From: Halorutilales archaeon Cl-col2-1
GTDB taxonomy: Archaea > Halobacteriota > Halobacteria > Halobacteriales > Afararchaeaceae
Direction: 5' to 3'
Assembly: GCA_041891055.1 (NCBI GenBank)
Contig: CP169075.1
Coordinates: 52,001-116,000, forward strand
DNA: 64,000 nt
A program made the translations under genes and the position numbers. The first letter of the stretch is position 1; the number at the start of each line of letters is the position of its first letter. Of the stretch, positions 20,511 through 30,854 are shown one piece after another. The notes beneath the pieces were generated by a model, which saw only the letters and a list, made by a program, of their open reading frames with translations, searched no databases and was not told where the DNA came from.

Positions 20511-20696
20511 ACAGCGGGAATCGGGCTCTCATTGGTTCCTCCAACGGTACCGATTTTCGGATCAGCTTCTCAAATCTCCTCTGTACTCTACGTATCTGGT
20601 GGTGGTATACTCGTGACGGTGGGCTGTGTAGGAATATACTCGATATTCCGGGATTCACTCGGAGGCTCGCGTGGAAGAGGAGAATTCAACCGATAA
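20511..20696 (+). pseudogene. 3' remnant of a membrane-protein gene truncated by the IS5 element
   Basis: Open frame TAGIGLSLVPPTV...VLYVSGGGILVTVGCVGIYSIF...* beginning at the TIR with no start codon. Confidence 0.45.
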
Positions 20697-20824
20697 TTTG
20701 TCCGGTCGACAGTCTATTCCACTTCAACGAAATCTGCTGTTCCAGCCAACCCCAGAATTGCTACAACCTCTACTTTCACCCTGGTTAGCGTGCCTTTTTG
20801 AAACTACAACCAAGTGTTAGATAT

Positions 20825-21355
20825 ATGGACGACAAGAGTAAGAATCAGCTCGGTGGTGGGGCGATCGGCGGTGCCCTTGGGGCAGCAGCAGGCGGCCCGG
20901 CCGGTGCAGTCGTCGGTGCAACACTTGGCGGGTGGCTGTTGGGTCGAGAGAGCGATCACAACGACACTCTCCGCAAGACGTATTCGGCAGTCAAAGAAGC
21001 GACGAGTGACGAAGCGCATCTTTACGTCTCCCATATCGACCCAGACGGAGCCGCATCGACGAGTCCTCAGGGGGTAATCGACGGGGTCAACGGGGAACCC
21101 GATATCATTTCGATTGATTCCACGAGCGCGAACTTGATCGTCGAGGTAGAGACGATGGAGGCTATCGCCGAAAACGGGAGTCACGCACTGAACCAGCTTC
21201 AGGACTACCGGACGTCGGGATTCAAACGAGTTCTTGTTGTCCCTGAAGAGGGGATAGACACTGCAATCGAGTGGGTAGAAGCACACGAAGACCAAGGTGC
21301 CTTGGAGGGGTCACTCACCGTCGCGTCTCCCGAGCGGATCGCAAATGTCCTCTAA
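20825..21355 (+). CDS. Glycine-zipper membrane segment plus PD-(D/E)XK-like nuclease domain
   Basis: GGGAIGGALGAAAGGPAGAVVGATLGG; EPDII..LIVEVET..ALNQLQDY; ATG at 20825 preferred. Confidence 0.65.
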   Translation: MDDKSKNQLGGGAIGGALGAAAGGPAGAVVGATLGGWLLGRESDHNDTLRKTYSAVKEATSDEAHLYVSHIDPDGAASTSPQGVIDGVNGEPDIISIDSTSANLIVEVETMEAIAENGSHALNQLQDYRTSGFKRVLVVPEEGIDTAIEWVEAHEDQGALEGSLTVASPERIANVL

Positions 21356-21364
21356 TCACCCGAG

Positions 21365-24300
21365 CTACGACGACCTGGTGCGGTTCTCAATGAATTCCTG
21401 CGCCCATTGATTGAGGAACTCCACTGTCTCTGACCAGTCCTCAACTGAGCCACCGTCCGTAAGCTGGACGAGCGACGTGTCCGCAGCGTCTTCTTCGGTC
21501 CACCCGGTCACAACCCACGGCTTCTCAGCGGTTCCGACTATTTCTCCGTCAGAATTCGCAGTACAGGCGGATTGGGTGAGATTCAACCGATCCGACGTTT
21601 CGACGAGCGTCGCTGCTAACCAGTTGAACAACGGACTCCCTGGAGCGAGGAATCGGAGTGAGGGGTACTCGTCAGCCGTATCGGGGTCGAAGGTTACCCC
21701 TATTCCTTGGTGCTGATTTGCGACGCTCGCTGCGAGGGTATCCTCACTTTCCTCCGCTGTGATGGGAGCGTCCCCCGGATGCTGAAGGCAGTAGATGAAT
21801 TCTGCATCTTCCGGTTCAGTGAGGTCGAATTCGAAATCCAGGTGCGACAGTAGATCAAACTGAATCCCCGCCTCGGTGAGCGTTTCGTTCTCCAAAAAGA
21901 CTCCCATGGCGGCGTCTACGGTAAAGATGGGGTCTCGGTTTTCACTCGGGTTCCCGACCTTTCCGAGATCAGGATGGGAATAGGTTTCCCAAGCGTCCAG
22001 ACGCGCTTCTTGGATAACCTGTTCACGTAGTGGTCGGTCGCTGTCGACCTCTGCGAGTGAATCCTTGAGCTCTACTGGGTCGTCCTCACCTTGCTGTTCC
22101 TCGATATCTTGGTCGATATCTCGTTCGAGTTCTTCATACTCCTCGCTGTCCGCCTTCGCCCCTTCTACCATCGTCGCCTCTCGAATCTTCGACCCGACAC
22201 TGGATAGAATCGGCTGCATATCGCCAACGACGTACTCAAACAGACCGATCCGGTCGTCTAGTCGGTCATAGATATCTGATTCGACGGTGTCTTCGTAGCT
22301 GTAGTTGAGGATGTAGACGTCGTCGTATTCCTGACCGATGCGGTCGATACGTCCGATCCGCTGCTCCACTCGCATCGGATTCCACGGGAGGTCATAGTTG
22401 ATCATCGCACCGCATTCCTGCAGGTTCAGCCCCTCACTTGCAGAGTCCGTACATACGAGAATATCGACCTCTCCGTCGTTGTCGGAGAATTCTCGCTTGA
22501 CACGTTCCTTCCCCACGTTTCGCCAGGCGTCTGCTTCTTCGTCGTACATCTCGCCGCCGTCGCCCGAGTAACAGGCGATATTCTCGCCGTACTTCCACCG
22601 GAGTTGCTGGCGGACGAAGTGCATCGTGTCTTTGTACTGCGTGAAGACGATGATTCGACTCCGTCCCTTCCGATCGAGCATGTCGAGGTCCTCGTACAGC
22701 TGATCCATCTTCGGGTCGTCATCGACCTGCTTGACCTCCTGGATGAACGACTCCAGTTCCTCGATCTCCTCCTTGAGAAGATTGATCCCCTCGTCAGTAA
22801 GACTCGGTGCGAGTTCGGTGAGATCGACGTTCAGCACGTCCTCGCCGGCATCCTCCAACTCGGCGATCTCGTCTTCACTGTATTCGCTAAGTGCGTCTAG
22901 GGCCGCCTGTCGATCCTCATCCTGGTCGTCCCGAATTCGTTTTCGCCGTTCGAGTACCCTCCGCTGCGTTCGAAGTTTCTCCAACCGCGTAGAGAGACTC
23001 TGTGAAATCGCGTATACACTGCTAGTAAGCCGCTGGCGATACGTCGTCATCACGAACCCAATGGCGCGGGCTTCCGTCTCTGTTGACTGCTGTGCCTTCT
23101 TGTAGAAGGTTCGGGTGTATTCGTCGATTCGATCATACACCCGACGGGTTTGCTCGTTGAGTTCGATACGTCGCCGCTCGGGTTTTCTGGTCGGGACTGT
23201 TTCTTCGAGCAGCCCTGCTTTGCGATATTTCCTAAGGGTATCCCGGGTATTGCGGTGGATACAGGCATCGACTGGGGTTGCCCACGAAAGTACGTCTTGG
23301 AGTACCTTCCAGCCGTCCTCGCTGAGTTCGTCGAGGGCGTCGAGACGGTCGCTTCGTGAGGAAATAACCATCTCCTCATTCAGGACTGATTCCGGATACA
23401 GCAGCCGTTTGAGCTTGGTATCTTCATCCGCTCCGAACGGATCGATTTGCTCCTCAATCGCGGCGTCTACCTTCCGTCGGTAGTCGTCGTACTCTTGGCC
23501 ATACCCTCGTGCCAAATTACACGCTTGGAGAAGCCGCTGTTTCGCGACGCCTCGACCTTGGTCCTCCAGCCCGAGTTCGTCGACGATCCCCTCGAGGACA
23601 ACGTCTGCGTACTCTATCGAGGAGTTGAACCGATCCTGAAATGTCCCATTGAGAGTCGCCTGTGACGGATCACTCGATGTCCGGGATGAGAGATCGGCTC
23701 CGCCTTCGATAACGGTCGACAGCGCCTGGCGGGTCTCGAAGAATTCGACAAATAGGTCGCGATCATCCCACGCCTCGGGAATATCGAGGAGGGTCAGGAG
23801 ATCGTAGAGTTCGCGATGGTGGAGCTGCATCGGGGTCGCAGTGAGCAGGTAGTAGCAGTGAGTGTGATCGCGGAGCCGTTCGAGGAGATTGTAGAAGTTA
23901 CTCCCACGACGTGCGTTGTGTGACTCGTCGACGACGACTGCGTCCCAGACGCCTTCACGGCCGTCCGGGTTGCGTCCGCGACAGCTTGCCGGGATGTCGT
24001 CCCTCGTCCGGGCGGTTCCGTCGTCAGCGGGCGCGACCTGGTCCCACCGGCCCGTGAGTCGCGCTGTGTGCCAGGACATGATGATGACAGTCGGCGTCGG
24101 GTCATCCTTCCGAGTGTGTGCGAACCGCCACAGCGGGCTGTTCGTCCATGCCTCGTTCCGCCGATCCGCATCGATGTCCAGGTCACCCGTCCCCGGGACT
24201 GGATGCTCTTGGCCGAAGGAATCGATGAAGGCATAATCGTAGTCACTCCCTCGATCGTACCGATAGGCGTTGATGTTGAACTTCTCCCAGAGTTCTTCTT

Positions 24301-25294
24301 GCCACTGGACGGCGAGACTCGCTGGTGTGAGAACGAGTGAGTTCTCGAGTTCGCCAGTCAGTCCGAGGCGAGAGAGTGTGAGGCCGACCTCGATAGTTTT
24401 CCCGAGACCTACCTCGTCGCAAAGGAGATAGGAGTTCGGATACGTGTTGACTGCCGTATCGGAGACGACTCGCTGGTGTGGCCACGGATCGATCGTGCTC
24501 GCTTCCTCGGCGAGTTGGAGGCCACCGGGGGCTTGTGCCCCGTCAGCGAGGATCCACCCTTTGTCGCCGTCAGTCGGGGCCTTTGGTTCGCGGAGTTTCT
24601 CGACGATTTGGGAGACTTCGATGTCGTTGTCGGGGGCCTTCCAGTCGATGAGCTCCTCTTTCAGGGCCTCCGGAAGATCGTAGACGTCGACGTAGGCGTG
24701 CTCGTCTTGCCACAGCTGCTTAAACGACTCTCGGTCGCCTTCGACGTAGGGGGCTTGACCGTCGTCCCACGAGCGGTGGACTTTGAACCGCTCGTAGTTC
24801 CGCGTCCAGCCGCCGGCCGTCTCGTTGATGCTCCCTTCGAACGAGATCCAGTTCCCGTCCTCATCTCGGAAGATGCCTACTTTGGGGTGGAAGATACCCC
24901 ACTCCCCGCGGCTGGGAACCGCGATCTTGAGCTCGAGTCGATCCTCCCGAAGGAGCCAGGCGAGCAGCTGGAGCTGCTGATCGAGCGTTTCGTCATCCAA
25001 CCCCGTCAGGTTCTCGTCGAGGTCGTCGGCGAGTGCTTCCAGCACAGGCCGATCCTTCGGCTGAAGCTGTGCGCCGACGATGAGTCGCATTCGGCCGTCG
25101 TTTTCGACGAGTGCCTCGATTCCGTTCCCAGCAGCAGCGAGAGAACCGCTATCGAAGTAGCCTGCAATCCGGTCGTACTGGATGCTCCGTTCGAGCGCCG
25201 GGACGTAGAACTCCTTGATTAGATGAGCTGCGTCGTTGCTGGGCTGGCTTTCGTAGATAGACTGCCAGTCGTAGTCACGGAGGGACCTAGCCAT
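21365..25294 (-). CDS. PLD-nuclease - SNF2 helicase subunit of a DUF499/DUF1156 restriction-like system
   Basis: FHPKVGIF..GSINET (HKD-like), CDEVGLGKT, VDESHNAR, TATPMQ, SEGLNLQ, PWNPMRVEQRIGRIDRIGQ; start MARSLRDYDW at 25294. Confidence 0.9.
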   Translation of the reverse strand: MARSLRDYDWQSIYESQPSNDAAHLIKEFYVPALERSIQYDRIAGYFDSGSLAAAGNGIEALVENDGRMRLIVGAQLQPKDRPVLEALADDLDENLTGLDDETLDQQLQLLAWLLREDRLELKIAVPSRGEWGIFHPKVGIFRDEDGNWISFEGSINETAGGWTRNYERFKVHRSWDDGQAPYVEGDRESFKQLWQDEHAYVDVYDLPEALKEELIDWKAPDNDIEVSQIVEKLREPKAPTDGDKGWILADGAQAPGGLQLAEEASTIDPWPHQRVVSDTAVNTYPNSYLLCDEVGLGKTIEVGLTLSRLGLTGELENSLVLTPASLAVQWQEELWEKFNINAYRYDRGSDYDYAFIDSFGQEHPVPGTGDLDIDADRRNEAWTNSPLWRFAHTRKDDPTPTVIIMSWHTARLTGRWDQVAPADDGTARTRDDIPASCRGRNPDGREGVWDAVVVDESHNARRGSNFYNLLERLRDHTHCYYLLTATPMQLHHRELYDLLTLLDIPEAWDDRDLFVEFFETRQALSTVIEGGADLSSRTSSDPSQATLNGTFQDRFNSSIEYADVVLEGIVDELGLEDQGRGVAKQRLLQACNLARGYGQEYDDYRRKVDAAIEEQIDPFGADEDTKLKRLLYPESVLNEEMVISSRSDRLDALDELSEDGWKVLQDVLSWATPVDACIHRNTRDTLRKYRKAGLLEETVPTRKPERRRIELNEQTRRVYDRIDEYTRTFYKKAQQSTETEARAIGFVMTTYRQRLTSSVYAISQSLSTRLEKLRTQRRVLERRKRIRDDQDEDRQAALDALSEYSEDEIAELEDAGEDVLNVDLTELAPSLTDEGINLLKEEIEELESFIQEVKQVDDDPKMDQLYEDLDMLDRKGRSRIIVFTQYKDTMHFVRQQLRWKYGENIACYSGDGGEMYDEEADAWRNVGKERVKREFSDNDGEVDILVCTDSASEGLNLQECGAMINYDLPWNPMRVEQRIGRIDRIGQEYDDVYILNYSYEDTVESDIYDRLDDRIGLFEYVVGDMQPILSSVGSKIREATMVEGAKADSEEYEELERDIDQDIEEQQGEDDPVELKDSLAEVDSDRPLREQVIQEARLDAWETYSHPDLGKVGNPSENRDPIFTVDAAMGVFLENETLTEAGIQFDLLSHLDFEFDLTEPEDAEFIYCLQHPGDAPITAEESEDTLAASVANQHQGIGVTFDPDTADEYPSLRFLAPGSPLFNWLAATLVETSDRLNLTQSACTANSDGEIVGTAEKPWVVTGWTEEDAADTSLVQLTDGGSVEDWSETVEFLNQWAQEFIENRTRSS

Positions 25295-25391
25295 CTGATA
25301 TTGACGTATGCCTGCTCCACAACAATAAAGAGTGGGTACATTTTGATAAAGCAGCACAGAATTTTTGCGGTGCCGCTTGGAAGTGTGTTTC

Positions 25392-27320
25392 ATGCAAACT
25401 GGGAAGAAGCCCTTCAAAAACCTCGTTCCTGGTCGTGACTTGTTCTACGTGCCGAAATACCAGCGCAACTACTCGTGGGATGAGAAGCAACGCCGCGAGC
25501 TCTGGGAGGACCTCCTCGAATCTCTCGACAAGACGCACTACATCGGAACGTTCCTGATCGAGGATTCGGACGAATCAGATGACGGGCTCTACGATGAAGT
25601 CGGAATCATCGACGGACAGCAACGGCTCACAACACTCCTGATTTTACTCTTCGAGCTACAGGAACAGCTCCACGCTCACGGAAGAGAGGAGTACGCGGTC
25701 GACATCCTGGATAACTACCTCGTTGCTTCTGACCAGCAGCGACTTCGTCTCCAGGAGGACGACGATGCGAAATTCTTCAAGAAATACATCCTCGAGGATG
25801 TCATCGACACGGAAAAATCGACACAGAGCTCGAACCCCGAGGCAGAGTACACGCTCGACACACCCTCGAAACGCCGGCTAGCGAATACGAAGTCGTTCTT
25901 CCGTGAGAAACTAGAGGACGCCCCGCCGGAAAACACCGATTACGAGGATCCGGTGGAGTTCTACACCGACCTCTATTCGACGATTCAGAACCTTGACCTA
26001 CTCGCGTACGTCGTCAAATCGCGGGCCGAAGCCGCGCGGATCTTCCAGACCGTCAACGACCGGGGGAAGGGTCTTACTGACCTCGAAATCACAAAGAGCT
26101 ATTTGATGCACCGGCTGGCGCTGGTCACCGATGACGGACCTCGTGACGGGGTGGACGACGAGGAACAGCGGACTGAGGGCCTCATCAACATCGTCCAAGA
26201 GAACTTCGGCGAGATATACTCGAACATCGAGCAGATCACCGACACCGATGTCGGGAGCGGCCTCGACGAAGACCAAATCCAGCGGTATCACTTCATCCTC
26301 TGGGATGCGAACTGGACGACGAGTTACGATAAACGGTACTACCAGAATCACCTCGAGCACGTCAAGAAGGCGTTTGCCACGGACAACGGCGACCTCGCCG
26401 AGGAGATTATCGACTATACGAACGATCTGAAGCGATCCTTCCAGCGGCTTCGGGAACTAGTTACGTTGGACGGGATCGACAGTACCCGTATTGAGACTCG
26501 GCTGGAGAACCTCTACGCCGTAGGTCGTCTCGGGAATTTCTACCCCCTTCTCATCACCGCCTACGACCAGTACACCCGCGACCTCATTTCGGAATCAGAC
26601 TTCGTCCGTCTCCTCAAGAAGATCGAGACGTTCATCGTTCGAACGTATCTGATCGAGCAGAAAGCCGCAGATACGGGGCGAACAAGAGCCTATCCCTTGG
26701 CCCGGCAGATCTACTACAACGAACCGGGCAAGCAAGCAGATGACATCAGTCCGAGTTCCGTCGACGACGTCATCGACAAGCTCGCTGACCACGTCCACAA
26801 CTACTGCGACGATGAAACCCTGATGGACACGCTCCACAACGCCGACGTCTATTCCTACTACAGCGACTCCAACCGGAAGAACGAGCTTCGATACCTGCTC
26901 TATGCGTACGAACTCTCGCTAGAACGCGAACGGGAGAACATCCCCTTCGAGGTGCAGAAGGTCGTCGACAACGAGGACGACCGTTTCACGATTGAGCACG
27001 TCTGGCCTCAGACCGTTTCAGACGAGTTCCCTGAACACCTCCACGAGACCATCAACGAGAACAGCGACCGGCTGGGCAATTTGGCGCTGATGACTATCGA
27101 GGATAACGCCGGGAATCAGAACGACCCCTTCGAGAAGAAGAAAGCTGCCTTCGATGAGTCCAAGTTCCGGATGCTCAACGAGATCTTCGAAAATGGTGAT
27201 TGGTCTGTTGAACGTATAGAGCAACGAGAAAAACGAATGTTGGATGTAATCAGGACACGGTGGCCAGACACTATCGGTGAAATGACTGAATCAGCCACCC
27301 CCGCTGCTGAAGACGATTAA
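25392..27320 (+). CDS. GmrSD-type (DUF262 + DUF1524/HNH) type IV restriction endonuclease
   Basis: VPKYQRNYSW, IIDGQQRLTT, FQTVNDRGKGL, TIEHVWPQ..LGNLAL..N; ATG at 25392. Confidence 0.9.
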   Translation: MQTGKKPFKNLVPGRDLFYVPKYQRNYSWDEKQRRELWEDLLESLDKTHYIGTFLIEDSDESDDGLYDEVGIIDGQQRLTTLLILLFELQEQLHAHGREEYAVDILDNYLVASDQQRLRLQEDDDAKFFKKYILEDVIDTEKSTQSSNPEAEYTLDTPSKRRLANTKSFFREKLEDAPPENTDYEDPVEFYTDLYSTIQNLDLLAYVVKSRAEAARIFQTVNDRGKGLTDLEITKSYLMHRLALVTDDGPRDGVDDEEQRTEGLINIVQENFGEIYSNIEQITDTDVGSGLDEDQIQRYHFILWDANWTTSYDKRYYQNHLEHVKKAFATDNGDLAEEIIDYTNDLKRSFQRLRELVTLDGIDSTRIETRLENLYAVGRLGNFYPLLITAYDQYTRDLISESDFVRLLKKIETFIVRTYLIEQKAADTGRTRAYPLARQIYYNEPGKQADDISPSSVDDVIDKLADHVHNYCDDETLMDTLHNADVYSYYSDSNRKNELRYLLYAYELSLERERENIPFEVQKVVDNEDDRFTIEHVWPQTVSDEFPEHLHETINENSDRLGNLALMTIEDNAGNQNDPFEKKKAAFDESKFRMLNEIFENGDWSVERIEQREKRMLDVIRTRWPDTIGEMTESATPAAEDD

Positions 27321-27321
27321 T

Positions 27322-30249
27322 TCAGAAGTCCTTGAGGCTACCCTGTACCTTCTCCTCGTCTTCCTCGATGAAGATATCGGCATCGAGGTCGAGATCGAGC
27401 AGTTCTCCAGTTTCGCCAGCTGCGATGTCTCTAGCTATCTCCCAATCGTCGTGGTCATGCGGCAAGACACGCAGGAGTGCCTCTAATGTAGCTTTGAATG
27501 CTGGATCGGAGCCGCAGTTTCTCTCATTCATCCAATTCCACGTTTCGGTTGCCCCTTGAACATCATAGATATGCATGGCTGCGTGAACCTTGTCGAGCGC
27601 AGTCCCGAATGAGAGGGCATCGGGGTCTACGGGTTTACGACCCGATCGATTATCCCGATCCTTGTTCACATCTTGGACCCGGTCTCCATGGGGACGAAGA
27701 AGTACATCTCCACTCTTCTTTCGCCACATTCGGTGGGTTTTCTTCAGCGAATCCAGATCCTCTCCAACTCCAATCGCGAGACGTCGGGCTTCATCGTAAG
27801 GGAATCGTTGCGCCTCGAAAACCAACCAGGACAGTATGTACCACTCAGATTTCGGATCAATCTCCCTCACTCCTTCATTGAGATGTTTGTCGATGAAGTA
27901 GTCTCTAACTGCCCCTCGAGCTTCGTCAAGAGCAATCTGAGGGTGTACTTCGTTTCCTTCATCGTCAACGACGGGATAATTTTCAGTAAATACCTCCAGA
28001 GTCGGCCCGAATGCGGCCAACATAATGTCTACCTTCGAGAATTCGACTTCATCCTGATACATCTCTTCGGCTTGGGAACGTGCAACTTCACGAGTGCGAT
28101 TCTTTACTTCTCCCCAGAGGGTAAACTCGTCTTCACGCTCGTCACGCTTCTCAGCTGAGAGCAATATAGTGCTCTCAGCCGAATTTTTCCCCCGCTGATG
28201 TAGACTCTCTGGTCGTTCCGTACTGATCGGATGCGTTGATTTCACCACAAATCCAGAATTGATCAGAGCCTTTGTCAGGGTATCCCAGGCCTCTGTCTTC
28301 TTGTGCGTGAACATGAGGGTAAAGACACCTTCGTCATCGAGCACCCGGGAGAGCTCTCCGAAGATCTCAGACATTTTACTCTCATAATCATTCTTGGCCA
28401 GCTCAGATTTCGATTTATCCCCCGCAATATCATCGAACTTAGAGGCGTTAGCCACAGCTTCCTCATTCTTCTCGGTGAGCTCTTGCTGGAAGAAGTCTGG
28501 ATATACGTCACCAAGATATCTACGGAGCCATACATAGAAGTAATCTGAAAGCTCTGCGTACATTACATTGTCATAATAGGGCGGGTCAAGAACGATTACT
28601 TCGACCTCACCGTCATCTAGCGGCAGATCCGCAGCGTCCTCCTGAAAAACCTCGATAGGAGCAGAAGCATGACCTGCAAGTTCTTTCAGCTCCTCATAGA
28701 CTTCCACCATCGAATCGAGGACCCAGTCATATCCTAGACCTTCCGCTGGAAGCCGACTTTCAGCAAACCTCCATTTGAACCCGAAGTCATGCTGACCGAA
28801 AGCGTGGCCGATCTTTCCTTCACTGTGGACCCAGGTACACATCCGCGAATTGTAGTCAACGGCTTTGTCAGCACCAAGAGCTAGGAAAGTCAGTATTACT
28901 TCGGCTTCTTTATCGCCGTAATCTGGTGCCGGTTCTTCATTTTCCAAAACTGAGGCAGAAGAATCACCGTCACGAATCGCCTTTTTCACTTCCTCAAATG
29001 CCTGCCAATACGTGTAGTGAGTAAGCAGCTGGCGTGGAGCAAACATATCCCGCCACATCTCCATCCCGTATCTCCGTGGTTCGCTGGTTTTAGCCCCAGA
29101 TTCGATTTTCTCCGTTAGGAAGGTCGCTAAGTCTGGGTCATTGTTTACTTTCTTATTGGCGCGGTTTACTGCCCTGAGGTCCTCCTCTGTGGCTGCCCGA
29201 TATCGCTTTCCTTCTCCTTTGTGAAGTGACTCATAGTGAACGGCCGTTAGCCGAAGCTCCATATCACCGTTATTGGCCTGTTCTTTCACCTCATCCCCAT
29301 CTACGGTAACATTACAAGTCGGACACTCTGCCTTTCCTCTCGTTACCGTTCCTGATGCAGGGTTGAATTCGGACTTTTTGACATCTTTCCCCACCTCCAC
29401 TACAGGGAGTTTTACTTCAGCTGAGCCTTCGACGGGTTGCGGCTGAAGCGCAGTCCCACTCGTCGACGAATCACGCTCAAGCCACCAATTCAAAGTCAGG
29501 GGTATCTCTGACCCACAGTCAGGACAGGTAATCTGATGCATCCATACATATTCCAGATCACGTTGTCCCTCAACATCTGGATAGTACTCCTTCAGCTGCT
29601 CACGGGCACGCTTGTTGATACGGTCCCCCCATTTTTGGATATCATCAGACAGATCACCATCGACCTGGGGTTGTTCAAGTACTGCTTTCAGAATAACAGA
29701 CGGAACCGGGTTAAGTTCGTTCGCAATCGTTGGAAGCTGATAACGACGACTTTCGAAGGGGATTGATCCCCCACCGGCAGTGGCGTCTAGAACAGTTGGG
29801 AGGTCTCCTCCCCATGTCTCCCGTACCTGTTCATGGAAATTACCCATCTCTTCTTCATCGGGGAGATTTTTGTAGGATTTGCGATATCCATAGTGATCGT
29901 AGACGCGACCGCTTCTTTGATCCAGAGTGTCCGATTTGTATCGAATATGCTCTGCGATGCTCATTCCGTCTTCGAGATTATTCGGATTCATCCCCATCCA
30001 CCGCAGGAGCGTATCATCATCTACGGTATCTGGCAAAACAGATGAGAGTACCCCCAAACGCGTTGCTGGAGTAGGTCTACGAGCAAACCAAACGTGAATG
30101 TAGTTCTGAGGTGGCTTATCAGAGAAATTCTTTTGTTCACGTTTTGTTTCGAGTCCTACTGATCTAATCGGTAGGTTGCTATGTACCTTCAGCGGCTTTC
30201 TCTCGCTTTTCTTGTTGTCCATCTCTGTGGTAGGGGATTCTTCACTCAT
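27322..30249 (-). CDS. DUF1156 adenine-specific DNA methyltransferase
   Basis: HVWFARRP, DATAGGGSIPFE (SAM-binding), two CxxC pairs, LDPPYYDN. Confidence 0.9.
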   Translation of the reverse strand: MSEESPTTEMDNKKSERKPLKVHSNLPIRSVGLETKREQKNFSDKPPQNYIHVWFARRPTPATRLGVLSSVLPDTVDDDTLLRWMGMNPNNLEDGMSIAEHIRYKSDTLDQRSGRVYDHYGYRKSYKNLPDEEEMGNFHEQVRETWGGDLPTVLDATAGGGSIPFESRRYQLPTIANELNPVPSVILKAVLEQPQVDGDLSDDIQKWGDRINKRAREQLKEYYPDVEGQRDLEYVWMHQITCPDCGSEIPLTLNWWLERDSSTSGTALQPQPVEGSAEVKLPVVEVGKDVKKSEFNPASGTVTRGKAECPTCNVTVDGDEVKEQANNGDMELRLTAVHYESLHKGEGKRYRAATEEDLRAVNRANKKVNNDPDLATFLTEKIESGAKTSEPRRYGMEMWRDMFAPRQLLTHYTYWQAFEEVKKAIRDGDSSASVLENEEPAPDYGDKEAEVILTFLALGADKAVDYNSRMCTWVHSEGKIGHAFGQHDFGFKWRFAESRLPAEGLGYDWVLDSMVEVYEELKELAGHASAPIEVFQEDAADLPLDDGEVEVIVLDPPYYDNVMYAELSDYFYVWLRRYLGDVYPDFFQQELTEKNEEAVANASKFDDIAGDKSKSELAKNDYESKMSEIFGELSRVLDDEGVFTLMFTHKKTEAWDTLTKALINSGFVVKSTHPISTERPESLHQRGKNSAESTILLSAEKRDEREDEFTLWGEVKNRTREVARSQAEEMYQDEVEFSKVDIMLAAFGPTLEVFTENYPVVDDEGNEVHPQIALDEARGAVRDYFIDKHLNEGVREIDPKSEWYILSWLVFEAQRFPYDEARRLAIGVGEDLDSLKKTHRMWRKKSGDVLLRPHGDRVQDVNKDRDNRSGRKPVDPDALSFGTALDKVHAAMHIYDVQGATETWNWMNERNCGSDPAFKATLEALLRVLPHDHDDWEIARDIAAGETGELLDLDLDADIFIEEDEEKVQGSLKDF

Positions 30250-30251
30250 GT

Positions 30252-30854
30252 TTACGAAATATGGTTGGTCAATAATACTCGGAGTGACTTCTCTCCACTT
30301 GGGCTATTCGGCGAACGACATTTAGCGTGCCAATAATAGCACTCTTCTAAACTCATCTGTGCAACGCCACGGGTGAGTGCTCGCATCCGATCGACTCGCT
30401 GTAACGGTTTGATCCCGATGAACCCGAGCGAGAGCCGAACTCCTGGCTCTTCGGGAATGAGGACGGTTGCTGAACCGGTCCCGGTAATCAGTGACGGATC
30501 AATATCCGTGTCTCTGAGAGCTTCATCGAAGAGCTGGAGGAGACACCGAAGGCGGGAACCGGAGAGTCGCCGTACCTTCATAGCGACCCAGTCGTCCCAC
30601 GTCCAGTCCTCTGCTCCCTCTACGTTTTCCCCAATCACTTCGTGAAACGGATGAGTTTTCGACGACTGTTGCCGGCGCCGTTCCAGCCGACGCTGGCGTG
30701 CGTCAGCCTGCTCAGTCGGAAGGAATTCGTAGAGCGTGATCGTCGCTTCGTTCCCTGTCTCGTCGCGAACGAGGGCGAACGTGGGACGTCCACCGTAGAC
30801 GCTGCTTCCAAGGGCGAAGGTCTCTGCCCGTTCCTCGTCTCGTTGGATGCTCAT
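30252..30854 (-). CDS. Small accessory subunit of the DUF499 system (occupies the DUF3780 position)
   Basis: 200 aa between ATPase and methylase, 4-bp overlap with the ATPase; MSLEECYYWHAK motif. Confidence 0.65.
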   Translation of the reverse strand: MSIQRDEERAETFALGSSVYGGRPTFALVRDETGNEATITLYEFLPTEQADARQRRLERRRQQSSKTHPFHEVIGENVEGAEDWTWDDWVAMKVRRLSGSRLRCLLQLFDEALRDTDIDPSLITGTGSATVLIPEEPGVRLSLGFIGIKPLQRVDRMRALTRGVAQMSLEECYYWHAKCRSPNSPSGEKSLRVLLTNHIS

